A DNA stretch of 64,000 nt from Camelus dromedarius (lineage: Eukaryota). The notes under the pieces are model-generated. The model was not told the DNA's origin, did not search any database, and saw only the letters and a program-made list of their open reading frames with translations. The stretch lies in contig NC_087447.1 in assembly GCF_036321535.1 (NCBI RefSeq), forward strand, positions 44,208,001 through 44,272,000, read 5' to 3'. The stretch's first letter is position 1. The number at the start of each line of letters is the position of its first letter. This document shows positions 1-13,901 of the stretch, in pieces. The position numbers were made by a program, and so were the translations under genes.

Positions 1-16
1 AGCTTTTCACTTACCC

Positions 17-110
17 ATTGCTGCATAACAAACCATCTCAAAACTTAGTGCCTTAAAACAGCAATCGTTTTATTTTGCTTATAATTTTGTGGGTTCAGAA
101 TTTGGAAGAT
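17..110. mobile_element. MaLR (MLT1-like) LTR fragment
   Basis: Motif cattgctgcataacaaaccatctcaaaacttagtgccttaaaaca resembles the MLT1 LTR terminus (recall); short and degenerate. Confidence 0.5.
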
Positions 111-186
111 GAGGATGGCAACTATTGGTAAAGGCGATATTTAAGATACAACCATGGGAATGAATGGTTAAGGTCATTGGAGGAAG

Positions 187-702
187 TGTTACTGACTCCA
201 AATTCATTCTGCTCACTGCGCAACAGGGCAATAAATTGGGAGACGAGGTGTTGGGGCAAGGAAGAATGACTTTATTCAGAAAGCTGGCAGACCTAGAAGA
301 TGGCAGACTAATGTCCTAAGAATCATCTTACCGAAGTCAGAATTTAGGATCCTTTTATACTAAAAAGGGGAGGGGGTATGTTTTGTTGTTGCAAACTTCT
401 TGGTGTCAGAATCCTTTGTTCTTGCAGCTGTCCAAGTAGGTCAGGTCATGATGTTCCTGTAAACCTCCAACAAGACAAATGTTATCCTCTGTTCTGCAAC
501 TTTTTATGTCTATATGAATGGAAAAGTTTTATAGCCTTAAAGATCAGAGCCTTGAGAATGGGCTTTCCTGTATATTTTAGGCTGTAGGCAATATTCTTTT
601 ACAAAAGGTGCAGAACAGCATGACTCAGCACAGGAAACAGCACAGGGTTAGAGCTAAAGGAACATACCTAATATGGAGTCAGATTTGTTCTTCCCTATTA
701 CA
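187..702 (-). mobile_element. Solo ERV1-type LTR (MER41-like family)
   Basis: TG...CA termini (tgttact at 187, attaca at 697-702); 4-bp flanks gaag/gaat as imperfect TSD; minus-strand TATA-like (~353) and AATAAA (271-276); minus strand starts TGTAATAGGGAAGAACAAATCTGACTCCAT, like MER41-related laurasiatherian LTRs. Confidence 0.75.
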
Positions 703-2642
703 GAATGAAGATCAAGAAATTCTGAGAATGCAAAATATTTGAATATTTCATTCTATGTGAAATTAAAAATAGCCATTATTCATAACAGAATCAGTGTGTT
801 GGGGAATGTGGCAGTGAACCAGGGGTTAAAGTCTTTAGGAAAAGGGGGGAGAGACCTAGAAATCTAAAATAAAATTAAAAAAAAATTTAAAGACCGCAGT
901 CCCACTTTCCCAGCTGTACTCTATTTCTCCCTTCTTCCTGATGGTGAAACTTCTCCAAATTAGTTTCTGTACTTTCTGCTTACATTTTCTTATTTTTTCT
1001 GCTGTTACTGAAGTAGCTCTCACCTAGATCATCACTGGCAGCCAAGTCACCGATTTCAACTATAAATTTTTTTCCTTGTCTATATTACTTCAACTAGCAC
1101 CTGTTGTTTGAATGAGGATTTTTCTCTGATTTTCACATCCCAGAATTACAGTTTGTCTATTGTAGTGCACTTGCAGTAATTTTAAAAGGACAGAAACATG
1201 CAAAACATGTGTAAAAATACATGATGCGTCAGTCATTGCTGTGGGTGCGTTGGATCCACCCAGAGCTGGATAAGGTAAAACGAAGTAAGAGCTTAAACAA
1301 TGGTTTTTAAATGATTGCATTGATGCACAAATGCACACAGGAAAGAAATAGGAGGTTTAGCTACTAGGTGTCTCTTCACCGGGGAGGTTTTCTACTGTAA
1401 AGTCAATTTGAGATCTGCTGTTCCTGGGCCTGTCTTCATGGTAACTATAGAATGGTTACCATAGAATCCCTTGTAAATGTGTGATTGGTTAAAGTTTGGG
1501 TAAAAAAGCCAAGTGGCTGTCAGTCAGTTTATTTGAACTAAGAGTTTGTAGGAACCTGCAATGGACTGCAGAATTGACCATTCTAGAGAAGTTGAGCCAC
1601 ACTGAGATGTGGTTAGAGGCATCTAAGCCTAAGGAGGGGTCAGCCTAGGATTGGTAAACTCCACTTTCTAAAATTCTAATTTCTATTGTGCTTCCAGAAG
1701 AGATAGTCATTGGGTGAACTGGACTCATTCGGAGGAGGATGACGAGAATGACTATTGGACACCAAAGCATGTTAGATAAAGGAATTTTAAAGGAACAAGC
1801 AGGTGGTTAGCTGTGAGAATTGGGTTGTGGGAAAGGTGGGTTGAAGACATAGGAAAATTGATTTTGATTTATCATAAGGAAGATCTTTCTAATAGTGAAA
1901 AAAAAATCTATATACAAAAGGAAATGGCCCTAGAGCATAGGGAGCTAGCTATACTGTTCTTGTTTAGGCAAATGCTGGACAATTACTCAATAGAAATATT
2001 GTGAAGGGGTTTAAGCCTCAGACGTATGTTTGGATTAGATGACTGTTGAATTCCCTTTTTACTCTGATAGTCTGTGCTTATATGGACTTTGAAGATATAA
2101 AAAAAACTCATTTTCTGGAGCTTTCAGGAGAGAACATCATGAGCTAGGAAGTAGTGTTGCCTCTGGTACCTTTTTACAAGCTGAAATGCTCTGGACCGTG
2201 AACGATCCTAGTATTAAAGACTCTGCCAACTATGTTGATTGCTTTAATCAGAGGCTATTCCTGGGTTTGTAGGACTGGGACATCCAAACTTGAAATGTCT
2301 GTGATGTTAGAATCATGCCTGCAATTCACATTAGATGTTATCTCAGGATAATCTACTTTAAGCCACTTAGATTCAAGAGTGATTGTGCTTAAAACATGTC
2401 CACTTTAGCTGAATTAACCAAAAACTCCTTCAAAATAGTACTTAATGCTTTTCATAATCTAGAAATAACCACATGTTTCATCCTTTTACTTCTCCTCTAT
2501 GTTTAGTATGTGTAGTCACAGTTTCTGGAACATGTCCCTTACTTTTATGCTTCTTCCTGAAATGACCTAATTCATAACCACCTACTGAAATCCTGTTTCT
2601 CTTTGAAGGATGTCACCATTGCTCTAAAAGTCAGACCCAAGG

Positions 2643-3593
2643 TCACCACCCCAGAGAAAAGGACTTTCTTCCAGTTAGCCTCCTGAGAGCTCCTTTGACA
2701 TCCTTGTTTCTCAGGCTATAAATTATGGGGTTCAACATTGGAGTCACTACTGTATAGAACACAGATATCACCTTATCCTGCACTTTTGTGGTCTTGGAGT
2801 TTGGCCGCATGTAGGTGAATATTCCTGACCCATAAAAGAGGACAACAACAGTGAGATGGGAGCCACAGGTAGAGAAAGCCTTGAGCCTCCCCTCCCCAGA
2901 CTGCATCCGGATCACAGTAGAGATGATATTCCAGTAGGAGACAAGAATCAGGGAGACAGGAGCTAAGAGGATGACCACACCCATTGCAAAGATGGCCATT
3001 TCTGTCCTGTGAGTATCTGCAGAAGCCAGCTTCAGGAGGGCAGGGAGTTCACAAAAGTAGTGATTGATAATGTTCTGTCCTTGATAGGGAAGTTGGAAAG
3101 TAACGGTGGTATCTACCAGAGACACTAGTGCGCCACTGGCCCAGGACCCTAGGGCCAACTGAAGACATACCTGTTGGGTCATGATGGTGTAGTAGTGCAG
3201 GGGCTTGCAGATGGCCACATACCGGTCATAGGACATCACTGCCAGCAGGGCACACTCAGTACACCCAGCCAGAAGAAAGACAATTATCTGTGTCATACAC
3301 CCCAAAAAAGAGATAGTTTTCCTCTTTACCAGGAAGTGGACCAACACTTGCGGGACAATGCTAGTAGAGAAACAGAGATCTGTGAAAGATAGGTTTCTAA
3401 GAAAAAAGTACATGGGGGTGTGAAGTCGAGAATCCATGAAGATGAGAATGATGATGAACAGGTTTCCAAGCACCGTCAACAGATAAATGATGAGGAAAAG
3501 AATGAACAGCAGGATCTGGGTCTGCAAGTCCTGTGAAAGGCCGAGGAAGATAAACTCAGCCACAAAGGTGTGGTTTTCTTCTCCCATTGACAT
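2643..3593 (-). CDS. OR2D3: Olfactory receptor 2D3 orthologue, intact, 316 aa (second Met of MSMGEEN is an alternative start)
   Basis: Intronless 7TM ORF with [41 protein letters not shown]-terminus MGEENHTF...[12 protein letters not shown] matches OR2D3 as recalled; syntenic position. Confidence 0.93.
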   Translation of the reverse strand: MSMGEENHTFVAEFIFLGLSQDLQTQILLFILFLIIYLLTVLGNLFIIILIFMDSRLHTPMYFFLRNLSFTDLCFSTSIVPQVLVHFLVKRKTISFLGCMTQIIVFLLAGCTECALLAVMSYDRYVAICKPLHYYTIMTQQVCLQLALGSWASGALVSLVDTTVTFQLPYQGQNIINHYFCELPALLKLASADTHRTEMAIFAMGVVILLAPVSLILVSYWNIISTVIRMQSGEGRLKAFSTCGSHLTVVVLFYGSGIFTYMRPNSKTTKVQDKVISVFYTVVTPMLNPIIYSLRNKDVKGALRRLTGRKSFSLGW

Positions 3594-4089
3594 TTATGCT
3601 CGTTAACCTTCTGGCACAAACAAAAGGAACAAACTTTGGGTTTATGACAGCAAGCCCTGTAGAAGAGGTTCATTTAAAGCTTGATTTTAAAGCCCAGTTG
3701 GATATTTCTAGCTTTTTGCAACACAACTTGTTCCAATGGATACTAAATAGAATATATTTATTCTTATTAGTTGGTTGTAGTTTAACTCCACTTAATTTTT
3801 TTCCAAATCTTCTCTCATAGTGCCACTTATTTACAGACAGAATATGACGTTAAAGCCTTCTTGGCAAGTTCTGATATGAGGATTTTAGAGTTCATGTGGA
3901 TTGGACTAAGTGGCTATACACATTGTTGTTAGGAAGTGACCATGTATACTGTTAGGACTATCACCTTGCATGAAACTGCACCACTAACTGTTCAAAATAC
4001 TACATATTTAACTATAACAGATGCTTGAAAAATGTGAAACAGTTTTCAGGCATCAAATTTAATTTGACCTCTTAAAAAACAACAAACTT

Positions 4090-4250
4090 TTCTTGGGTTT
4101 AACACATGTCAGGCATTACTTTAAGAGTTTTATATGATTATATTGTCCTGATAACATTACAAGGTAGACACTAGTTAACTTATTTTGCACATGAGAAAAC
4201 TGAGGCACAGAGAAGTTAAATCACACAATTAATAAATGGCAGAATTCATT
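4090..4250. mobile_element. MIR SINE fragment
   Basis: Core atgagaaaactgaggcacagagaagttaaatcac. Confidence 0.7.
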
Positions 4251-4569
4251 AGCTGTATAATATATAAAGACAGTGTAGAGAATAAGACATTTTTTGTACA
4301 AGGCAAGTGAATAGAAAAGTTAGTACAATATTTCTGGAAAACAATTTTGTCAAATACATTAAATGACTCAAATATTCATATGCTTTGATCCAGTTTTCAA
4401 TAGTATGGGGAAGGGAAAATTTTCCTTTTTCACTAGTGTTTTCTTCCTCATAAGGAGTAAAATCTGATTTGTAACATTCTAGGATGTTGATTGGTCCATG
4501 TTTACTACTGGGTAGGGTTCCTGTGCTTTCTATTTCTTCTCCTCTTCCCGGGATTGGTCTGACAGAAGA

Positions 4570-5025
4570 TGTGATATATACACAAAGGAATATTACTTGG
4601 CCATAAAAAAGAACAACATTCTGCCATTTACAACAACATACATGGACCTAGATTGTATTATGCTTAGTGAAATAAGTCCGACAGAGAAAGGCAAACACTG
4701 TATGATATCACCTATTTGTGGAATCTAAAAATAAAATAAATTAATGGATATAATAAAACAGAAACAGACTCACAGATATAGAGAACAAACTAGTGGTTAC
4801 CAAAGGGGAGAGAGGGAAGGGGCAAGACAGGGGTAGAAGATTAAGAGGTATCAACTACTTTTGTATAAAATAAATAAGCAACAAGGATATATTGTACAGC
4901 ACATGAAATATAGCCAATGTTTTATAGTAAATTTAAATAGACTATAATCTATAAAAATACTGAATCACTATGTTGTACACCTGAAACTAATATAATGTTG
5001 TAAATCAACTATACTTCAATAAAAA
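4570..5025 (+). mobile_element. L1 3' end (L1MA-type)
   Basis: ORF2 terminus / 3' UTR motifs (catggaccta...agtgaaataagtc...cagagaaag), ending tcaactatacttcaataaaaa. Confidence 0.88.
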
Positions 5026-5039
5026 GTGAATAAAGAACA

Positions 5040-5340
5040 CGTTGAATACACATACAGTGAAACATTATTCACCCTTAATGCTATTTATCGCAACATGGGT
5101 GAAGTTGGAGGACATTATACTAAGTGAAATAAGCCAGATACAGAAGCACAAGTACTACATGGTATCACTTCTGTGAGGAATCTAAAACAGTCACACTCAT
5201 AGAAGCAGAGAGTGGCGTGGTGGTTGCCAGGGGCTGTCGGGAGGAGGAAATGAGGGGCTATTAGTCAAAGGCGCTAGGTTTCAGTTGCACAAGATGAGTA
5301 AGTCCCAGAGATGTGCTGTACAGCATAGTCCTGTAGTTAT
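5040..5340 (+). mobile_element. Second, older L1 3' UTR fragment
   Basis: gacattatactaagtgaaataagccagatacagaa...tggttgccaggggctg motifs. Confidence 0.78.
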
Positions 5341-6294
5341 TCACAGAACCATCTCCTCTGCCATAATTATTTCTGAAATTCCACAGGGAATAACTTAACC
5401 TGTTCTCAGCACTGTCAGCTTCGAAGTAACACCTGTCATTTTCTTTTTTCCCTTCTCTTGCTGTCTAGGTGTTATCTGAGCACTACTGTTTCCTCTGTAC
5501 CCTACAAATAATGATTATTAATAGCAGTAATAATAATAATGACAATAATCTTCCATTGGTGCTCACCAAAAGTGGTTTCACTACTGCCTTAGGGACCAAT
5601 GGTAATATATATTTTCAAAATGTACAGAAAATCCTGAACAAAAAAATTCCTAAAATGTTGAGAGTGGTTTATTCTGGGTACTGGAATTACAGAAGCTTAT
5701 TTTTCTTCTTTTCTAATGTTTTTGGTGCTTTAAAGTTGTTGTTTTAAAGGCCATATATTTCCAGTATAGGAAAAATATAAAAATAGGAAAATCTCAAGGG
5801 TATTTCCTGGAGGATGCTCTAAACTAAAGTCACTTGATTGCTTCTACTTTCAGCCTTGATAAAGTAAGTGGAACAAGACTAGCCATCTTGCCAGAGGCAA
5901 ATATAAAACAAAATAGACAACAGTCATTTTCAGACATTGGACAACAGCCAGCTCAAAACATAGTCCTCTATAAGGAGATTAGCCAAAGTGAAAATCAACT
6001 GAAATCACCTGCTGTATATTGGAGAGTGGGGCAAGCAGATATGAAATATGTAGGCATGTGCATTTACAAAATCTCTTTGGAAAGTAGTCTGAAAATATTA
6101 CAAAATTCCAAAATGAGCTTATCTTTTTTTCTTGAATAATGCTACTTTCAGGACTTTATATTTTGGAATTAATTACAGATATGCAAAAAGCTTTGTTTCA
6201 CATAGAGAGTTTTTTTCCAAAAAAAAAAAACCGTTAAAGTCTAACAATAGATGATATGTGAAATAAATTATAGATTTCCTGCATAACGTAAGTT

Positions 6295-6530
6295 ATAGAG
6301 CAGAGAGAACTGGGTAAGAGTGATGATGTCTGAGTCACACAGACATGGATTGGATCCATCTTCCCCCATTTCTTAGCTCTGTGACCCTGGACAAATTATT
6401 CAGCTCCTGCATGCCTCAGTCTCTTAATGTAAAATGGATCTAACACCACAACTTCATTGTACGAATGGAAAGACTGAATTAAGAACTTAATGGAAAACAG
6501 TTTGCTCAACGTCTGGCAACTACATTAAAG
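6295..6530. mobile_element. MIR SINE fragment
   Basis: tagctctgtgaccctggacaaatta...gcctcagt...tgtaaaatgg, the reverse orientation of the core seen at 4190. Confidence 0.7.
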
Positions 6531-8633
6531 AAATGCCTGCTATGGTGATGGTGATGATGAGGATGATGCCATAACCCTGGGCCATTAAAACGTGAGTAGA
6601 TCTATATTTCCTACAGAAAGATGTCTGACACACTGCTGAGTTTTAAAAGGGGGTTGCAAAATAACATGTGAGGTGTTTCTGTGTGTATATGCGTGTGAGT
6701 GTCTCTCTCAATGATTCCTTTAAATAATACGCTTACCACACTGATAAACTAAGAACTGATAAACAACAAAACTAAGAATCCAGGTAGAAACTATACAGTC
6801 CATATAAAGAACGGTTATTGCTCTGTCTGTCAAAGGTAGGACTTGCACGTTTAATGAACATGTGTGTTTAAATGTGGCCTGGGGAAGAATGTGGTTTAAT
6901 CTCTACACAGGAAAGGAGAATGGTAAGTGAGTGAAAAAGGAGCCAAATGAGATGAAATATAGTATCATTTATACTCCGAGGAAGGCCAGGGATAAGCATT
7001 CTTTCCACTCTAAAGATTTCATATAACTTTGTCAACCTTACTAATTAATTCAGCAACAATGTCCCTTTAATACAGAGAGAAAATGAGGAAGAAAAAATGG
7101 GTGGGAAAAACAAAATAATGAGAATAAAAGCTAGAAGAAAGTGGGGAGGAGAAACTGAGCATAACGGACTGGGCTCCAGAGATGTGGAGAAAAGCAGAGA
7201 AGGAAGTGGCTACAGGACCTGGTTTTTTCCCCAAACTAAAAGGGCAGACAATGAATCTTTTATCCCTCTGAGGCCCTAAGAACATTGTAAGCAATAGGGC
7301 CTTTGCAGATATCTTCTCTTAATGACTTTGTCTCACATGCACCCACCTGTATACATGGGAATTATTCCTGGTCATTCACACACTACACAGGCTGCATATA
7401 CCTACTCAGCTTTACAAGCTGTATCTCACACAGACACACACACGTTGCAGATATACTCACGTGACTATTTCATGTACTTAAGTATATAACTCTCATGGCC
7501 TCCAAATTTTTACCATAAAGAAGGAGTCACAGAGGAGGTACTGAGCCTGCTGGGTACTGACCAAGGCTGGGTCATAGGGGACGCCTCCACATCTGACTTA
7601 TATGGGAAGGATGTCAGAGAATGGGGTATTCCTGTGATGACACCAGCAGTGGGGCTAGTATCCTCCTCTGGACTAGAAAGACAGCACTAACTGTAACTGG
7701 ACCCTCTCTCCTCCATCTGCTCCAACCCACCAAGGAGATTGGAGGGGCAGTGTCAGCATTCTCGAACAGTGTACCACACACTCCGGGTGGCTTCACATCT
7801 CCTAGACCCAAAGTATAATCACCAGCAAGAAGCTCCAGATGAGGTTCCTCAAAGCAAGATTTCTAGTATTGTTCTAGCTCCCTGCCTGTTCACTGGGAGA
7901 TGGTGGAACAGATTCAAGCTGGGGACACAGTGAAGACTGACCAGCTGACAGCAGAGGGTGGGGAGACCCAGGCAGAGTTGCTTTTCAACAGCTAGAGGAA
8001 AGTCATGTGACCTCTCTGGAAACAGCCTCATCCCTAAGGGAAAAAGTCTGGAAGAGGATTTGGGAGCTGGGATTTGGAGAAGAGTGGGAATGGGATCGTT
8101 GTCTCTGGGAATCTAACAAAGACAAAATTGATGGGTAAGAGAGTGAATGACAAAGCTCATCTTTCCCAACACTGTGCTCACCTCCCAATCCCCAACCAGT
8201 TTTGCAGAATCCTACAGACGGAGATTTCCCACTCTCACCTGAGGGCAGACATAAAGCTGAAAAAGGACTGAGGAGTCACTGGTGAAGGAATCGAGGAGCA
8301 AGGGCTGGATTTCTGTAGCCTGCAGATCCACTCCTGAAGGACGTCACCAGTTGTGGCTTCTGAGCAGTGCCTCCCCAGACCTGCACTAGAGTCATCCTAA
8401 GAGTTTGACTCCATCTCAAGCCTTTCTGCCATAGCTGAATTGAGGTGCAAACTCCAGTTCTCCTAGGGCCCAGATCTAAACAGGACTTTCCTTCCAGGGA
8501 ATATTTAAAAGAGAGGCTCTGAGAGTGATGTAAACAGGGCATTCCCTAGAGCTCTGAAAGCCCTCAACTTTGGTACCTTTCCATCCTCTGAGACACCCTC
8601 GGGCACTTTGTGTTTTATTTGAGCTCACAGACT

Positions 8634-8751
8634 GAGGGGGAGGGTATAGCTTAGTGGTAGAGTGCGTACCTAGCATACACAAGTTCCTGGGTTTGATCCT
8701 CAGCACCTCCACTGAACAAACAAACCCTAATTACCCCCTCAAAAAATGAAA
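8634..8751 (+). mobile_element. tRNA-derived SINE, Vic-1-like (camelid)
   Basis: gggggagggtatagcttagtggtagag (A box)...gggtttgatcc (B box), A-rich tail; TSD tcacagact/tcatagact. Confidence 0.88.
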
Positions 8752-9011
8752 TCATAGACTAAAGCCTCCAAATCATACTCACCTCTCTTTCAAACCTTAT
8801 ACCAAAGTCACTCAGATGACATCAGCAGGTATATTCTCAGAGGGTCACAAATCATTGAAACTTTTGTTTTCACTTATATAATTAAATAGAAATGAAAATG
8901 AGCAGTTATTGGATTTTGCAGATACCAACTTTCTTACTGAGTAATGCAGTTTGGTTGAAGGGCTTGTTACACACAGTAATATGCACCAATCTTAGGTACA
9001 GCTCAAGAAAA

Positions 9012-9160
9012 CGAATGTATGTATTTCACGTATGACTGCTGTGCACCAGAAATTGACACAACACTGTAAACTGATTATACTTCAATTATATCTATAGATA
9101 GATAGGTAGATAGGTAGACAGTTAGATAGTCAAACAGACAGATACAAAAAAAAAAAAAAA
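9012..9160 (+). mobile_element. Extreme 3' L1 tail with (TAGA)n-like repeat and poly(A)
   Basis: ccagaaattgacacaacactgtaaactgattatacttcaat, then TAGA/CAGA repeats and an A run. Confidence 0.75.
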
Positions 9161-9349
9161 GATTCAAGGAAATGCCCTGAAGCTGTTAGCCCTCCAATCA
9201 TATTTCAAGTTTAGGTTCAGTAAAACATCGTCTATCACATTAAGGAAATGCTATTAATTTGAATTCTATAGTGTTACTGGCTTTGTGGTTTGGCATATTT
9301 GTCATTTACCTGAGGTTTCACAGAACATATAAATGTAACGCATTAAAAA

Positions 9350-10300
9350 TAAACGGATTATTTTCTGTGGTATAAACGTACCATGATTTATTTCACCGTA
9401 TTCATATTAACGGACATTGGGGTTATTTCCAATCTTTAGATATTAAAACCACAATGAACCACATTAAAACCAAGATGTACCACAATGAACAAGAAGTTTT
9501 TACATATGTGTACACTTATGTAGCCATTATATAGATCAGAATGTGGAACATTCACAGCACATCAAAAGGCATCTACTCAGTTGCAAGTTAACACTCCCTA
9601 AAAGGTAACCATGACTTGGAATTTTAAATAAATTAGTTTTGCCTGTTCTTGTGCTTCAAATTAATGAAATCACACATTGTATACCTCTTTGGGTATCTGG
9701 CTTCTTTCACGAAACATTGTTCTATGAGTTTTGTCTATGTGTTTTTATGTGGCAATAGCTCATTCTTTTAAAATTATTTAATAGTATACCATTGCTTGAT
9801 CATACCACAATTTATCCTCTCTGTTGCCCATAGAAATGTATACTGCTTCCACCTTTGGTTATTATGAATAAAGCTGTTGTAACATCCTTGTACATATATT
9901 GTGCTGGATCTAAACGCTCATCTCTATGGCATATATTCAGAAAACAACTACTGAGTTGTAGGAGGGAAGGCATATGTTTAGGTAAGTTTCAGACACTTCC
10001 AAATGGACTTTTAAAATTCATTCTATAAATTTTTTATAAAATTTTGCTCCCATGTCAACTACCCCACATCCAAAATAATTTTATCCATTTTTATTAAGGT
10101 TAGTAGTATTCACTGTGGTTTAAATTTACATACTCTGGTGGCTAATTATGCTGTACACCTTTTCATGCTCTTATTATCTATTTGTATTTTCCATATTGTA
10201 AGGGCATATTCAAGTCTTTTGCCCATTTTAAAAACTGGAATTTTCTGGCTTTTCTAATTAATTAATTAGAGATTTGTGGGAGTTCCTTATACATTCTGGG
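9350..10300 (-). mobile_element. Old L1 (L1M-type) 3' region, degenerate
   Basis: Antisense L1 3' motifs (ttatgaataaagctg, ttcaagtcttttgcccatttt, agttccttatacattctgg). Confidence 0.65.
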
Positions 10301-12902
10301 CAGCATGTCTGCAGCTCACCATTAAGTTATTAAAATAACAATATCTCTGTAAGTAAAGACAAATAATAAAGAAAATGTGGTTAAATGTTAACAATTACAG
10401 GATCTAATTATTATTTGAGGCACACAATATTTGCATTCTATAAATTATAAAATTCCTCAAAATCATACATAGAGTATGTATGTTATAGACCTAGGTTGCA
10501 ACTTAGTACCTTCTCCTCTGGAAAACAAATACTTAATTGCAAAAATATAGCACATCTCCAAAGAGAAGACATGTGAAATCTGGTGATGGGGCTCATAAAT
10601 GGCGCTGTGAGTGCTTATTACATGTTATTTTCTGTCTTCCTCATTACCATGTGGGAACCTTCTGAGGGGAAATGCCACTCGGGCTCCCCCCTAATGATTC
10701 AGAATTCTCCTGAGCCCTTCAGCGCTCTAGAGACTGCTCCCGGTATCCCTGCATTTACCTCGTTTAAATGGACCTGTTGTTGCACGATATAGCCCAAAGT
10801 CCATAAGACCTTTGGATGGAGCGGGAGGACACAGGAGTTGCGGGGGTGCCCCTTCCTGCCTTGTCCTTGGTCTTGACTTTGGAGACTTCACTGAGCAATC
10901 TGACTTGAGGACAAGATACCTCAGCATCCCTCTCCTCATTCTGCAGCCAGCACACCAGCAGCAGTTTCCCCCTCAGCACTGAGGTGTCTTACTGGCTTTA
11001 CCATGCTAATGTGATCTTTTTTCTCCACCAGATGAGAAAATGCTGGTAAGATCATTAGAGGGAGGAAAAGAGAAGTCATGCTTTGAACAAAGGGGATAAC
11101 CTGGCATATACTGGGAGTGATATGGTTTCAATCTCTGCATATTTTTGATTTTTAAAAGTCAACTAATTTTGTCCAATCTGATTCTTATTACTAAATCTTC
11201 TGTCATAGGTCTAGCCAAGGGTTTTTTTCCCCACTGTGGATCTACCTTAACAAACTACAATTCTGACATCAAATTCTTTGTGAAGAAGAATTGTGGTTCC
11301 CCCTGATGGAGACATAAGTAGAACTTCCATGGGCCAGTGTTGATCCCTTGGGTGGGGGAGGCGATCCTCACGCCTCTGTTGAGCTGGTCTTGGAAGACAG
11401 TACATGGGTATGGGGAGTAGAGGATGGGTGATTTCAAGCACAAAAGGTCTCAGACTCAGAATAGAAATTTAGTATTTTCTCTTGGTTCCTACGGATTTCC
11501 TCAGTATCCTTCTCCTACAACAGAAGAGAAAGACTGACAATAAACATGGCTTTCTTACAGAAGCTTCCTGACACTGGGGGCAGATTCACGGTCACCTGGG
11601 GGAGCATTTTCTCCTCTACACTTACATGGGAAAATAAAACGCTTTTAAAAACAGATCAGGAAAGGTCAGGCTGTAGCCTTCTAATGCTGCACTCCCAGGG
11701 TCGGTGAGAGCTCTATGTAGTGGGCTTACTTCAGAATAGAGAGGGTATGCTGAGCAAAAAGCAGTGAAATATAAAAATGCATTTTGTCCTTGGTGTGTGG
11801 CAGGGAAAACGGCTGGAAAGGTGATCTGTGGTCAGATAAAGAAGCCGTAAATAATCATAAGCAGGGATGTGATTGTTCACGTTAATTAATGCTTATTATA
11901 ACTATTCACTTATTATTTCAATGATGAACTGAAATCTTTCACCATTTTGACTCACAGACCCATCCAGATGCCTAAGACTCCATTATCAGACGCATAGAGT
12001 GTAAGTATGCCTTTTTGAGAAAACTCCTGGGAATTCCTTTAGCCCAGGAATTCTTAACTTGAAATTCAGGGGGTTTTTCAATATAGATGTAAATGCTACT
12101 TCTTTCTGTCTACTGTAACTGAAATTCAAAATTTCTTTCTTCTTTGAAGGTAAGTACCCAAACCATCTCTAGTAGCATCTATGACTTCATCACCAACAGA
12201 AATCAGAGGTATTTTAAAATAACATTGCAGTTGTTGAAGAGATCTCAAAATATAATTTAAGCTCATCATTTTGAAATTAAGGTGGTTATTAGACTTGAGA
12301 CATTAAAAATTTTAATGTCTTTAAGAAGCACATGTATTATTATAGCACATATCTGTTTTTTAAAACTATTTTGGGAAGTGTATTTAAATAAATGGTTTCC
12401 TTGGTAATCCTGTATACTCTGTATGATGTATGTACTTATTAATTTATTTTTAATTTGATGTATTGTAAAAAGTATTTTCAAGCACCTTTACCAGACAGAT
12501 AAAGGATTGTAGTCCAAAATTTGCATTGGGTCTTAAACTTCAGATTTTAAAGTAATTTCTTTCTTCTTTTTTTTTTTTTTTGGAATGGCCCCATGAAATG
12601 TTTTAAAAATTTATTTATGCATTTATTTTACAATATCATATTTAAAAAATTGAAATACAGTTGATGATGTACAATATTGTATGTTACAGGTGTGAAAGTA
12701 GTGATTCACAAATTTTTAAAGATTATACTCCACTTAGAGTTATTATAAAATATTGGCTATATCAGCTCCACAGAATTTTATTATTGCTCCCACATTCTTT
12801 CAAATCGCTCTAAGGATACTGGCAGGCTTTTTAAACAACTCTACTGAAAACTATGTGATCAAATTATTTTTCTTTACTACTGATAATTTATTGAAGAAAG
12901 TT

Positions 12903-13034
12903 TTGTTTTTCTTTGTCAGGGGAGGTAATCTATTTAATTTATATACTTATTTTTAGAGGCGGTACTGGGGATTGAACCAGGACCTCGTGCATGCTAAGCA
13001 CGTGCTCTACCACTTGAGCTATACCCTCCCCCCA
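12903..13034 (-). mobile_element. Vic-1-like SINE
   Basis: Reverse complement of the tRNA head (ctaccacttgagctataccctccccc); TSD tgaagaaagtt at 12892-12902 and 13035-13045. Confidence 0.9.
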
Positions 13035-13901
13035 TGAAGAAAGTTCTATGCTATGTCTAATAAAGAACACAAAAATGAAAAAAGACATAGACACAATTTT
13101 AAACGATTTTTAGTCTCTAGGAGGAGTAGACAGATAACTCAAGACAGTGAGGTATGATGGGCTGGAAGTGATGGATTAGTGCTACTTCATCCTAAACAAA
13201 ACCAGACAAGGTGCTGGCTTAAAATGGAAACTATGTTGTAATGGTGTGTCTGCTATTTTGGAAGTTCATCCATGGTTAAGACTTCTATTCGGAGCTCCAG
13301 GTGAAGCTGGGGACAGGACTGTCCAAGAGGTCCGGGCACACCATCCAGAGGCACCATCCCTACGTTTCCTAGCCCTTTCAAGATAGGTCTTGTCGTCCAA
13401 GAAAAAAAGTCAGTTCTGCAAGGTATTTTGGCTCTTTTTAATTTCTTATACCTCAATGGCTATTTTTTTCAGGGAAGAAACAACAGTAAGTGTACGTCCA
13501 ATGAATTTTTTAAAAATCTACAGCATCGTGAGATGGGGCATGTGTGGCCAAGGCTGCATAAGACTCGAGGGTTTTGTTGATAATAAAGTGAAATTAAATG
13601 GCATGCCTGTACAGGAGATTTCAGTCTACTGTTTTATTCTTAGAAGCATGATATTAAGATAAAGAAGATGATTCTTTTGATCTACTGTATACTTGTCGAC
13701 GATGCTAGTTTTGCAACATTGAAAACATTCCAACTAAAGCCACACAATCATCTTCTAAAAACCTCATAAGGGGATTCTTGAAACAACTGGTAGTGATGGA
13801 GGGAAATTCCTAAGCCCTTCAACTCTGAACTGTACAATTTACAGGCTATATACACCTATGTTCAGTGTGTAGTGACTTCGTACTGAAAAAAGAGACAAAC
13901 T

